DNA from: Eledone cirrhosa
Lineage: Eukaryota
Assembly (NCBI GenBank): GCA_964016885.1
Contig: OZ024740.1
Span: forward strand, 41,850,001-41,914,000
DNA length: 64,000 bases
Reading direction: 5' to 3'
Both the position numbers and the translations under genes were made by a program. Below are positions 37,702 to 49,440 of this stretch, piece by piece (position 1 is the stretch's first letter; each line of letters starts with the position of its first letter). The notes beneath the pieces were generated by a model. The model made no database searches, was not told the DNA's origin, and saw nothing but the letters and a program-made list of their open reading frames with translations.

Positions 37702-40700
37702 ATGGCTATGCTAAGAGTAGGCTGTTTAAATGCGCGTGGCCTGGGCTCAACTTGGAAGCAAGCAATGCTTCTAAATGACCTCAGGTCACAACGTATAGAT
37801 GTGATGGTTATTTGCGAGGCCCGGATCAGCAACGTGCGACAGCTGGCCCCCACCTTTGATGACTTCGAGATGCACGCATCTCTCTGTCAGCCCGGAGGTG
37901 GGGGTGGAGTTGTCGTTCTGCTGCAAAAACATCTGGGTCTCGCAACACAGATGGTACATTTGGACCCGGAGGGTCGACTAGTGGTTCTGGACCTTGGCAG
38001 TGGTAAAGGCGGAGCGTTTAGGTTGGTAGCCGCCTACGGCCCTTTCGGGTCAATGCGGCCGGACTTCTTCCATCGTCTGGAGACTTTTCTAGGGACGTCC
38101 CGCTCCTTGCTATTAGTGGGGGACTGGAATGGTATCCTAGATGCACGCTGGGACTACGTAGGGGCCTGCCCCGATAGAGAGGGGTGTAATAGCCTCAAAG
38201 GGTTAATCGGTCGATTTGACCTGGCCGATAGATATCGACTAGATTTTCCGACTGCGCCAACCTGGACTTGGGCAAATCGTAGCGGATCATCTAGGACGTA
38301 CCTAGATAGGTTCTTAGTTAGAATTAAGGATAAGGACTTTTTAAGTTGTCCAAAAATGCGCATTGTTGGCTATTCAGACCACAAATTAGTGACCTGCATG
38401 GTCAACCTTGACAGAACTCATAGACAGGGCCCCGGTTACTGGAAGCTCAACTTGTCCTTGCCGGCAAGTAGAGCCTACAGGAATCGGATTAGTACGTTAG
38501 TTAAGGAACGGTTGACTGGAGCGATCGTCAACAGCAGGTGGTGGGTATCTCTAAAGAGAGAGATTAGAGTAGTCTCGATAGAATTTAGTAAGGTTCTAGC
38601 TGCGGATAGGAATAGGAAGGAAAGGGAGCTAATAGATAGAGTAGAAGAGGCAATTAGAAGCGGCGACGTGGCCAGAGTGCTAGCGTCGAGAACGGCTTTG
38701 AGCCAGTTTTTCGACGCGAAGCACGAAGGCTGCGTTGTCCGAAGTAAAATACGTGCTCTAGGGAACGAGGGGACCAAAGCTGTTAGCTGGGCCCGCGTGA
38801 CAGAGGCCAACAGTGGAACTAAATCCACCATCCGGTCTTTGCGAGACCTGGATGGACGGGCGATTCTTGAGCCTAAGCAGATGTGTGAGGCCTTTCAAAG
38901 GCACTTTGCCCGACTGTTCGGGAGGGGCGGGGAGCCGGTTGGGAACGTGGACTTCGGTCCATACCTCGACGGCCTGCCGCGCCTCTCGGACAGGGAGGCG
39001 AAGTCCTGCGAAGAGCCGATTTCGGCCGCTGAGATAGAGGACGTGCTGAGCCAATGCGGCAAACGCAAATCCCCGGGTCTCGATGGTCTTCCTTACGAAT
39101 TATATCTAGCTATGCCGGACTTGTTCCCCGATCTCCTCGAGGCGGTCTACTGCAACTGGCAACAGAACGGGAGAATTCCCTGTACTGTGACCAAGGGCGT
39201 AGTCACGCTAGTGAGGAAGGACGAGAACAAGGGGGACGAAATAAGTAACTTCAGGCCCATAACACTGCTAAATACAGAGTTACAGATTTTGGCCAAGGTG
39301 CTAGCAAAGAGGTTGGCGCTTGTCGTGGGCAACCTGGTGGGAGATGCGCAGACATGCGCTATCCCGTCCAGGTCCATCCATGACAACCTCCACCTCATGC
39401 GATACATCATAGAGAGGGTTGGGAACGAACCCGGCTTTGGTGGGGCTCTGATCAACTTGGATCAATCTAAGGCGTTCGATAGGGTCGACCATGGTTACCT
39501 GGATGCGGTGCTAGCGGCGGCAGGCTTCGGACCCGTTTTCAGGGGCTGGATCACTGCTATGCACAGCAGCCGCATCTGCTCTAGGGTCAAGGTGAACGGC
39601 TACCTCTCGGAGCCGTTCAAAATCGCGCGGTCCATCCGACAAGGGTGCCCTCTCTCCTCCCTTCTGTATGTGTTGACTCTCGAGCCACTACTGCGGAAGT
39701 TGGAGTTGTTGCAGGGCATCCCTTTGGAACCGGGATTGCGGAAAGCGGTGTCGGCCTACGCCGATGACGTGACAGTAATGGTGTCGACGGCCTCCGAAAT
39801 CGAGGCGGTCGGCACCTTACTGGAGGAGTACGAAAAGTTCACAGGGGCTAAGCTGAACCGGGACAAGTCGATCGGTTTGCAACTCGGCACGTGGAGGGGC
39901 AGACCGATGCCCTCCGATAGCGTCGTCGGACGCTGGACGGAGGGCCCGGTGAAGTTGCTCGGGGTCTGGTTCGGACCGGACCTCCAGGTGGAGAAAAACT
40001 GGGCGGAGGTTACGAACAGGGTGTTTGCACTGACCCAGAAGTGGGCCAGTTGCAAACTATCCCTGAAAGGCCAGGCGGAGGTGGCGAACACCTACATAGC
40101 GTCCGTCATCTACTACCGCCTGACCGTAGTGCCCTGCCCAAGGGAAACCCTCACCAAGATGGAGCGCGCGCTCTTCCAATTCCTTTGGAAGAGGCGGGCT
40201 CCTATGGTGAGGAGATCCATCTGCTGTCAACACCCTTCGAAAGGAGGGCTGGGGATGCCGTGGCTAATGATGCGTAAACACGCATTAAGGCTACGGCACC
40301 TCTACGTATTCCTCACCGGACAACCGGTGTGGGCCTCATTTGTGAGACGAACCTTTCCCAGACTCGTCTCACTCACCGAGCTGCAATCCTGGGTCAAGCA
40401 AAGACCGAGAAAACTGGGCGCCTGGCACACTGAGTGTGCCCAGGCGCTCACCGCCCTCTGGCAGGCGGATCCGGTTATCAGTGGAGACTCCACCGCAACA
40501 TTCTATAGAGGGCTGGTACGCAGCAGGTGCGACGACGCCCTCGGAGAAGCCCTAGACATGGAGGAGGACGAACTGGCCAGCCTGTTCGGTAGGACATTCA
40601 GCCCGGGACCTATGGACAACTTCCAGAAGTCCCTGGCCTGGCAGTGCTACCGAGGGGCTTTACCCGTTCGAGAAAGGCTCTACAGACACGGGCGCCCGGG

Positions 40701-41139
40701 TAGGGACCCCGCCAAAAAGATCTGTCCCAGATGCGTGTGCGACGAGGAAACCGTTGCACACGCATTAGTACACTGCTCGGGCGTAGCCGATCTGTGGGGC
40801 TATGTCGAACAACTGCTGTCAAGGGTGGGACCGATCCGGTTGACCACCGAGTCTATTGTAATGATCAAGCCGCCTCCCCCCTTCAAAGATGAAGCAGAGG
40901 CGGTGTTTCTGTGCGTAATAGCCATGGCGAAAGAGGTTGTATGGTGGACGCGTCTGAAAGGACTGAGGTCGGGCACCTTTCTCTCTGGCCAACAACTGGT
41001 CCGTTTCTTCCGATATCATTTCGGAAGAAGGATCAGGATGGAGAGAGAGGTGCTGCACCCCAGCCGTTTCTATGAAAGATGGGTGAAAGTGGCGAGAATG
41101 GCCCGTGTGAATGGGCCTTCACTCTACATCAGACTATAG
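37702..41139 (+). CDS. Tx1-B ORF2: APE endonuclease, reverse transcriptase and C-terminal zinc finger, 1145 aa
   Basis: Uninterrupted ORF: LNARGL, GDWN, YLDRF, SDH, FRPITLLN, DQSKAFDRV, RQGCPLS, YADD, CPRC..ETVAHALVHC. Confidence 0.96.
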   Translation: MAMLRVGCLNARGLGSTWKQAMLLNDLRSQRIDVMVICEARISNVRQLAPTFDDFEMHASLCQPGGGGGVVVLLQKHLGLATQMVHLDPEGRLVVLDLGSGKGGAFRLVAAYGPFGSMRPDFFHRLETFLGTSRSLLLVGDWNGILDARWDYVGACPDREGCNSLKGLIGRFDLADRYRLDFPTAPTWTWANRSGSSRTYLDRFLVRIKDKDFLSCPKMRIVGYSDHKLVTCMVNLDRTHRQGPGYWKLNLSLPASRAYRNRISTLVKERLTGAIVNSRWWVSLKREIRVVSIEFSKVLAADRNRKERELIDRVEEAIRSGDVARVLASRTALSQFFDAKHEGCVVRSKIRALGNEGTKAVSWARVTEANSGTKSTIRSLRDLDGRAILEPKQMCEAFQRHFARLFGRGGEPVGNVDFGPYLDGLPRLSDREAKSCEEPISAAEIEDVLSQCGKRKSPGLDGLPYELYLAMPDLFPDLLEAVYCNWQQNGRIPCTVTKGVVTLVRKDENKGDEISNFRPITLLNTELQILAKVLAKRLALVVGNLVGDAQTCAIPSRSIHDNLHLMRYIIERVGNEPGFGGALINLDQSKAFDRVDHGYLDAVLAAAGFGPVFRGWITAMHSSRICSRVKVNGYLSEPFKIARSIRQGCPLSSLLYVLTLEPLLRKLELLQGIPLEPGLRKAVSAYADDVTVMVSTASEIEAVGTLLEEYEKFTGAKLNRDKSIGLQLGTWRGRPMPSDSVVGRWTEGPVKLLGVWFGPDLQVEKNWAEVTNRVFALTQKWASCKLSLKGQAEVANTYIASVIYYRLTVVPCPRETLTKMERALFQFLWKRRAPMVRRSICCQHPSKGGLGMPWLMMRKHALRLRHLYVFLTGQPVWASFVRRTFPRLVSLTELQSWVKQRPRKLGAWHTECAQALTALWQADPVISGDSTATFYRGLVRSRCDDALGEALDMEEDELASLFGRTFSPGPMDNFQKSLAWQCYRGALPVRERLYRHGRPGRDPAKKICPRCVCDEETVAHALVHCSGVADLWGYVEQLLSRVGPIRLTTESIVMIKPPPPFKDEAEAVFLCVIAMAKEVVWWTRLKGLRSGTFLSGQQLVRFFRYHFGRRIRMEREVLHPSRFYERWVKVARMARVNGPSLYIRL

Positions 41140-41403
41140 GTGAGGAAGATGAAAGACCAAGGGAGCACCCCTTCTCTGTGCTCCTGAGGAGAAGGGTTGC
41201 ACACTTTTTTCGGGGGTGTGTGCGACCCCCCAAGGCGCCTCCTCTCTATTGAGGATTTTGTTAAAAATTTTATTTTTTGTTATATCTTATTTTATTTTTA
41301 TATTTTGTTATTGCCTCCTCCTTATTGAGGACGCCTTTTTGTGTAAACTCCCCCCTTTGTACTTGTCCCACTTTTGATGCCCTAGTGGCAAATAAAAGAA
41401 ATA

Positions 41404-41482
<79 letters not shown>
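41404..41482. repeat. (CTAT)n microsatellite at the Tx1-B 3' end
   Basis: Directly visible. Confidence 0.97.
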
Positions 41483-41496
41483 GTATTCATCTATCT

Positions 41497-42455
41497 GCAC
41501 AACCCTCTACCAAACGGAAACGGCAATCAGCGAGGACTCTACTTCGACATTCTATAGGGGATTAGTGGCGGATAAGTGCGACGACGTTCTCGGGGAAACT
41601 CTAGGCTCGAGGAGAACGAACTGACCAGTCTATTCGGGAGGACTTTCCGTCCAGGGCCTATGGATAACTTCCAGAGGTCTCTGGCCTGGCAGTGCTACCG
41701 AGGAGCTCTACCTGTTCGAGACAAAATCTATAGGCACGGACGCCCTGGGAGAGATCCTGCCAAAAGGACCTGTCCAAGACGCGAGCAGGACATCAAAACC
41801 GTTCTGCACGCAATTGTTCAGTGCCCAGGGGTGACCAACCTGTGGAATTATGTCGAACAGCTACTGTTACCCGTGGGACGCATCCAATTGTCAGCCGAGT
41901 CCGTCGTGAGGATCAACCCACCGCCTTCATTTAAGAATGAAGGAGCGGCGGTTTTCCTCTGTCTGGTGGCTATGGCGAAAGAGGTAATATGGTGGACAAG
42001 GTTAAAAGGACTGCGGGCAAACACCTTTCTCCCCGGACAACATCTTATCCCCTCGTTTAAGTACCACTTCAGAAGGAAGGTGAGAGTGGAGAGAGAGGTT
42101 CTACACCCCAGTAAATTCGCTGAAAGGTGGGTGAATGTGGCGAAAATGGCCCGAGTGAATGGGCCTTCTCTGTATATAAACCTGTAGGTTGAGGAAGATG
42201 AACAGAGGGAAGACGGGAACACCTACAAAACGTGTTCCTGGTATTGAGGGTTGTTCTATCCACGGGGTGTAAAACAACCCTGCAGTAACGTTCCCCGCTA
42301 TTGGGGATTTCAATTGTTATTTTATTATATACCGTTTATTGTTATTTATTAATGTTAAAGTTATATGATTTTTATGTAAAACCCCCGCCGTCACGTCTTG
42401 TAATGTCCCATTTTTGTACGCCCCTGTGGCAAATAAAGAAAGATATCTATCTATC
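41497..42455 (+). mobile_element. 5'-truncated Tx1-B-related copy
   Basis: Homologous to 40450-41400. Begins in and ends with CTAT repeats. Confidence 0.92.
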
Positions 42456-42614
42456 TGTGTGTGTGTGTGTGTATGTGTGTGTGTGTGTGTATATATGCAT
42501 GTGTGTATATGCATGTGTGTGTCATATGGTATTAATGTAGGCGTTGTGATGTATGACTGTTTTAGAGGAATTTTTTTGTGGGCTCAAATTTCTCTTTGTG
42601 GATATAATACATAC

Positions 42615-42800
42615 TTGTTTTTACTTTTGGCACAAGGCCAGCAAATACCCAGTACATTACTGTTACTTTATTATATCGACCCCGTAAGGATGAAAGGCAA
42701 AGTTAACCTCGGCGGGATTTGAACTCAGAACGTAAAGAGACGTAACTATGCTGGAAAGCATGGCGTCCGACTCTCTACCGATACTGCCAATCCACCGCCC
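42615..42800 (-). mobile_element. OK/OR-like SINE
   Basis: Reverse complement of the family consensus. Confidence 0.85.
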
Positions 42801-43178
42801 TAATATGGATATAATACATAATATTCGTTTGTGTTGGTTATATTGTGTATCAGTGTTTGTAGGTGTATGTATGTGTATGTATGTGTGTGTTGTGTACGTG
42901 TACGTGTGTTTTGTGCGTGTTGTGTATGTACACGTTATTCAGTCATATGTATGTGCGAATGAGTTGTTGTTTTGAGGGTTATGTGTGGGTATGTTATAGT
43001 TGTAATGTGTTTGTTGTGATGCATGAGTGATTGAAAGTGGATTATTTTCAGGGGCTTAGGATTTTTGTTTTATCTGTGTATTTATGTGGATCTATGTGTA
43101 CACATTCTTCCCTTGTATTCCTTTTGTTGTACGTGAGTATGTGGCCTGTATGTGTTCTCCTGTGTTCTCCTGTGTTTA

Positions 43179-43271
<93 letters not shown>

Positions 43272-43361
43272 TATGTAAAAGGTAAACAGAAATAACAACA
43301 CAATCGGTACAGTATATGGAAGGGATATATTAGATTAACGCTTGATATAGCAGGAAGAGGG

Positions 43362-43397
43362 TCTTAACGTTTCGGACGCTACTCCTTCATCAGAAGA
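43362..43397 (-). ncRNA. Minimal Penelope-type hammerhead ribozyme with canonical core
   Basis: Minus strand TCTT-CTGATGA-AGGA-GTAGCG-TCC-GAAAC-GTT|AAGA. Stem I TCTT/AAGA; self-complementary ACGT stem III. Lies between (TA)n and (TG)n tracts. Confidence 0.75.
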
Positions 43398-43599
43398 AAG
43401 AATGAGAAATAAAATAGATTGAGGGGACGGGCGGGTTGGAATTGGAAAAAAATGTCTATATATATATATATATACGCCAATTAAGTTATTTTGATTAGCT
43501 AATTGTAAAACTGGTGGTTCTGGTAGGCAAATCATGATGCAACGAATTACTAAAGCACTCGACTTTATGGACGTCATCCATCATAGATGTGGTATCAAG

Positions 43600-43600
43600 T

Positions 43601-43682
<82 letters not shown>
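43600..43682. repeat. (TG)n microsatellite
   Basis: Directly visible. Confidence 0.97.
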
Positions 43683-43734
43683 TGTGTACTTGCATATGTT
43701 TGTGTGTATATGTATCCATGCTTAACTAGGACGA

Positions 43735-43872
43735 GCTTCTGTGGTACTCGTGTAACAAATTCCGAGCACAAGGCATTTGTCAATCTGAAATGAAAGTCCA
43801 AAATGTCAGACAGCGGATCAAACCCAGAACCTCGTGGTTGTAAAGTGAACTCCTTAACTACACAGCCATACC
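43735..43872 (-). mobile_element. Diverged tRNA-derived SINE
   Basis: Minus strand TATGGCTGTGTAGTTAAG (A box) and GGTTTGATCC (B-box-like). Confidence 0.55.
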
Positions 43873-44290
43873 TACGTCTATTTATTGATATTCTTGTTTT
43901 CATTGATTCCCGTCAACTTATTAGTTGGTGTGGGTTTACGGTTTTAGTACTTTAGACACCACCTTCTCATAATTAAATTCTTCTTTCTAAAATAACCAAA
44001 GTCATAATTCTATAAAATCCACATACACATACGAATAAGAAAGCACTGGCACACTCGTCCACATAAATATTTGACACACCCTCACCCTTACACCATGCTA
44101 ACCTTTCCACTCCGCTTGAACACAATTACTGTAATCCTATTTTACCTCGATGAGACTAATTAAACGAATATAACCTAATATAGACTCCTATATTTTCTAA
44201 TATAAATATAAACTCTTACATATCAAAATGGCTAACTAAACAAACGCGTGCTTTCTCATTCCCAATTTTTTCAATTTATTTTTTGACAAA

Positions 44291-44970
44291 CTACACACTG
44301 GTTATGTATTGAGTCCACCACTGTCACACACTACACACTGGTTATGTATTGAGTCCACTACTGTCACAAACTACACACTGGTTATGTATTGAGTCCACCA
44401 CTGTCACACACTACACACTGGTTATGTATTGAGTCCACCACTGTCACACACTACACACTGGTTATGTATTGAGTCCACTACTGTCACAAACTACACACTG
44501 GTTATGTATTGAGTCCACCACTGTCACACACTACACACTGGTTATGTATTGAGTCCACCACTGTCACAAACTACACACTGGTTATGTATTGAGTCCACTA
44601 CTGTCACACACTACACACTGGTTATGTATTGAGTCCACCACTGTCACAAACTACACACTGGTTATGTATTGAGTCCACCACTGTCACACACTACACACTG
44701 GTTATGTATTGAGTCCACCACTGTCACACACTACACACTGGTTATCTATTGAGTCCACCACTGTCACAAACTACACACTGGTTATGTTGTAAGTTCACAA
44801 CTCACACACTACACACTGGTTAAGTATTGAGTCCACCACTGTCACAAACTACACACTGGTTATGTTGTAAGTTCACAACTCACAAACTACACACTGGTTA
44901 TGTTGTAAGTTCACAACTCACAAACTACACACTGGTTATGTTGTAAGTTCACAACTCACAAACTACACAC
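44291..44970. repeat. Minisatellite: thirteen 40-bp A units and four 38-bp B units sharing a constant head
   Basis: A = CTACACACTGGTTATGTATTGAGTCCACCACTGTCACAMA; B = CTACACACTGGTTATGTTGTAAGTTCACAACTCACAMA. Order A12-B-A-B3. Confidence 0.95.
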
Positions 44971-46280
44971 ATACTTTAGATTTATGATATAAACCTATGT
45001 TAACCAATGTATTTAATTTATGTTTATACTTCGGATAAACGTACATGGAAGTGTTAAGTAATTCTGATAATGATAATTTGATTAGTGACTAGGAAATGTT
45101 TGAAGAACTCTACTATTAGTCATTTATTCTAAAGGTGTGGGAAGTTAACGAAGCAAGAAGATAGACGTAAAGTTATAATACGTTGGTTAGAATGAAGAAC
45201 AGCAGGGAATGATATTAACCTGTGCTACTTGCTTATGGCTAATTAGATTGATTTGTTAAGATTGAAGTTTCTCAGGATTCTAGCCCAGGTATACAATCAC
45301 ACAGGATATGAAACAGATTGGTTTGTTCTTCAATATCCTATCTACTTGGCTATAGACGCCTTTTATACACATGTATATATACGCACACGCACACGCACAC
45401 ATATACACAAAGATACACACATAAAAGTTGATTGGTTAGAAAAGTGAATGAATAGATTAAGTTAGTGTTGGCAGGTTTAAAACAGGGAGCACTGAAATGT
45501 AACTTGAAACAATTATAAGGCGAGGTAAAAGCAACATCAAAGTAAACAACTGATGCTACTTACACTATCTTTACACTCATCAGTGAAACTTTCACAGTGT
45601 CTGCTGAAATAGTAGTGAAGAGAATCACTAAGTACAACAGAGTAAATTGGTTGAGGTAGAATAAGGGAATTTATTACAGAATAAATAACTTAAAGTCGTC
45701 ATCTACACGAAAAACAATAGTCAAGTTAGTGTTGAAATATTTACCTAAAATTACTTTTTGTTATTATGAAGAACAGATTAGACACAAATATGAATTAGTA
45801 AAAATAAAAATAAAGATGAAAGGGATAGAAAAATGAACATTTTTTTATGTACATGGATTGGAGCAGTTTTCCAGATATACTATAGCTAGAACTAACTTTC
45901 TTATCAATCCTTCATTTTCTGTGCAGGCGGGATGTAACCCAAGGGATATTTGAAAATGTCGAGACTCCAATCATTGAGACTCCTTTAATACATATATATA
46001 TATATATGTAGTCTCTGACAATTGTGAACCCTGATACAACCAATACTTCAACAACCTACACATGAATTGTTTTGCGCAAGAATAAGAATGTGGAAATATA
46101 TTCAATATAGTCGTAATTTTTATAGGGTTAATAACTTTTATCGGAATCATTGAACTTCAGAATTCTTTAAAATTTGTTGGACAAAGATTGAGGTAAACAT
46201 TGCAGTGTAATTGTAACTTACAGCGATTGTTGTTGCTGGGAAATCGTCTGAAGAAGTATACAAGTTGAATCCCTTTATCA

Positions 46281-47540
46281 TAATTGTTTCTACTTTTGGC
46301 ACAAGGCCAGCAATTATTCCAGTGTATTACTGGTACTTTATTTTATCGAACCTGTAAGGATGAAAGATGAAAGGTAAAGTTAACCTCGGCGGGATTTGAA
46401 CTCAGATCATAAAGGGGCGTAACTCTATGCTACAAAGCATGGCGTCCGACCCTCTACTGATACTGCCAATCCTTATCATAATACTGGTTACTTCTAACTA
46501 TTTGTGAAGGCAGGAGGCATAGTGGTTAGAGAGTTGGATTCGCAATCGTGAGATTGAGAGTTCAATTCTCGGACTGGGTGATGCATTATGTTCTTGAGCA
46601 AGACACTTTATTTCACATTGCACTTTCTGTCAGGAATTGCGACCAGTAGATAGTATCAGCAATAGAAAGATTAATGGAAACATCGTTTCGGCAAGCGAAT
46701 GAGGTCTGGGATCTTGTCGATCGATCAGAACTAACGATCATAAATATCGTTTAAGTGAAGAGGAAATAGAAGATGTAAATTTCATACAGTAAAATAGGTA
46801 AAACAATGATTTACAGTAATTATTGTTTCAACTTGACCCAGGGTTAGCAATTTGAAGGGAAGGAAAACGTCAGTTAAAAGGACCCCATTGCGTTACTGGT
46901 ACTTTATTTTTTCGATCTTGTAAAGTGAGATTTGAAATTAGAAGGTAAAGGGTTGTAACTATATGCTGCAAAGCGTGTTGTACGACACTCCACTGATTCT
47001 GTCAGTCCACCACCTTCCATGAACTACAGTAATGATTTCTATTATATGCAGAAGGCCAGTAATTTGGGGGAAGGAGAAAGTCGATTAAATCAACCCCAGT
47101 AAGTTATTGGTGCTTTATTTTATCGATCCCCGTAAAGATGAAAAGCAAAGTTAACCTCGACGGGATTAAAACTCAGACCGTAAGGGCCGTAACTCTATGT
47201 TGCAAAGCATGGTGTCCGACTCTCTACCGATACTACCAATCCACCTAAAATTTTAGGATAGATTCTGACTGAGATTGAATCTCACACCAGGATCTCCAGC
47301 GTCTCTAATATCTACCACTAGGCCAACGAGACATCTACAAGTGAATTACAGTAATAATTGTTTCTAATTTTGGCATAAGGCCAGCAATTATCCCAGTGTA
47401 TTACTGGTACTTTATTTTATCGACCTCGTAAGAATGAAAGGCAAAGTTAACCTCGGCGGGATTTGAACTCAGATCATAAAGGGTCGTAAGTTTTTTGCTG
47501 CAAAGCATGGCGTCCGACCCTCTACAGATACTGCCAATAA
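46281..47540. mobile_element. SINE cluster: OK/OR-like copies on the minus strand (46281-46472, ~46820-47015, ~47035-47245, 47355-47540) and an OR2-like copy on the plus strand (46508-46630)
   Basis: Family motifs visible in each copy. Confidence 0.8.
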
Positions 47541-47654
47541 TACCAATAGTTACAGAGAAACTATTCGTCTCTGAGAGCTCTGCCTCCATGACACTCCCAG
47601 GATTATGTAGGCGAAGAAATGAGAAAGTGAGAGGAAGTAAGAAAAGAGCAGAGA

Positions 47655-47820
47655 GATGTCTTAGTCTTAGGTTCTTCCACGCCTTTCCGCTCATCGAGCA
47701 GAAGTAGTCACCAACGGTCACGATCAGCGGCGGTTTTTTCGTGTCCGTGCCAAGTGATGTCGGCTGCTTTCAGGTCTTTGGAACGTTCCAAACAGACCTG
47801 ATGTCAGATGTAAGGGACTA
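47655..47820 (-). mobile_element. RTE-like LINE 3' end fragment
   Basis: Minus frame KDLKAADITW...TAADRDRW, followed by a CTAAGA-repeat tail. Confidence 0.6.
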
Positions 47821-47999
47821 AAATCAAAGAGAGAGACAAGAGAGAGGTTAGAGAAACGGAGAACGAGAGAGAGAGAGAGAGAGAGAGAGAGGAGGGAGGG
47901 AGGGGGAGTGAAAAAAAGAAATTGCTACTAGATTAAGAAGAAGAAGAAGATACCAATTATTAGCATCCCGTCGTTTATGACGACAAAGAGTGATCCAGT

Positions 48000-48285
48000 T
48001 AATTCGATCAAGAATTAACTGGAACACTCTTGTGAAATTAACGTGCAAGTGACTGAGCAGTCCACAGCTCCACAGACACGCGTACATTTAACGTATTTCT
48101 CAGGGAGATTCAGCATGACATAAAATGTGTCCAAGGTGAGCCTTTGAATTAGAGTTACAATTCATTTTTGCCAATTGAGTGGACATAAGCAACGTGAAAT
48201 AAAGCGTCTCGCTGAAAGAAATAACACCGTCGGGAATCGAATTCACTACTTAACGATCGTGAGCCGAATACCCTAACCAGAAAGT
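48000..48285 (-). mobile_element. OR2-like CORE SINE, diverged
   Basis: Minus strand GGTTAGGGTATTCGGCTCACGATCG..TTCGATTCCC..ACGCTTTATTTCACGTTGCT. Confidence 0.7.
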
Positions 48286-48749
48286 CATGAAAATTCACAG
48301 ACGATACCCTGTATATGCATCAAGAAACTCTACCGACTAAGTAAAGATAACCCTGATGTTTTATTTGTATCCACCATATTTAACTACTAACAACCTTTGT
48401 TACATCTTATTTGATCAACTAACTACCTTTATCATATATTTGATCAACTAACTACCTTTATCAGTGCTAAAGTTTTATTTCGATTAAGTGCATTTAAAAG
48501 TTTTAAATATTAAAACAGTGAATGCAAATGAATTCATAAGATTTATTTATGCATACAAAACTACAGTAGAAATTTAATATGGTTTTAAAGGACAATTACG
48601 TGATAATCTTAAACATTTCAAACGAAATTAACAATAAAGATACCGATTACGGTATAATAACAAGCGTAAAATACAACATCGGCAACCGGACCCATATTGG
48701 CATTGAGTGTTCAAACTGGTGAACCAATAGTAACTAAACGCTACACACC

Positions 48750-48800
<51 letters not shown>

Positions 48801-49030
48801 AAGAGGGAGAGAGAGAGAGCCTATCTTATGAAACGGTTGAATATAACATTGTGTTCCTTTTGACTAGACACATATTTTGTATGCTAGACACATATTCCCT
48901 AATATTCCGTCCCCCCCATACACACGCACACATGACTCATACACTATTCACTTCCTTGACATGTGTATATTATTCTATGTACTATACATGCACCTTTTCT
49001 GCATTGTAATGCACCTGAGCACTGTACACA

Positions 49031-49207
49031 GGCAGTATCGGTAGAGGGTTGGACGCCATGCTTTCTAGCATAGTTACGTCCCTTTACAGTCTGAGTTCAA
49101 ATCCTGCCGAGGTTAACTTTGCCTTTCATCCTTACCGGGTCGATAAAATAAAGTACCAGTAATGTACTGGGTAATTGCTGGCCTTGTGCCTAAAGTAGAA
49201 ACAATTA
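49031..49207 (+). mobile_element. OK/OR-like SINE
   Basis: Family consensus match. Confidence 0.87.
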
Positions 49208-49358
49208 TTTATATTGTATGCAAAATCGAAGAAAATATGAAATGTGACATTAATACTTTTCTAAATATTTTCTAAATAAAACTGCTAAAAGGATTTAGGC
49301 AATGATTAGAGCTGTTCTACTGTCTCAAATTAGCGGCACCTTATCACTTACATTACTC

Positions 49359-49440
<82 letters not shown>

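Larger units (their letters stand above)
35680..41400 (+). mobile_element. Tx1 (L1-clade) retrotransposon family B, near-intact and full-length
   Basis: 5' UTR, ORF1, ORF2 and 3' UTR with AATAAA, ending in (CTAT)n. The 5' boundary is approximate. Confidence 0.95.

Noticed and set aside
44291-44970. CRISPR-like array
   Set aside because: The would-be spacers are only two repeated variants, there are no cas genes, and the context is eukaryotic. It is a minisatellite.
45900-46260. Possible host exons after acceptor-like sites (also ~58020-58145)
   Set aside because: No recognisable protein homology or consistent reading frame. Needs RNA-seq.
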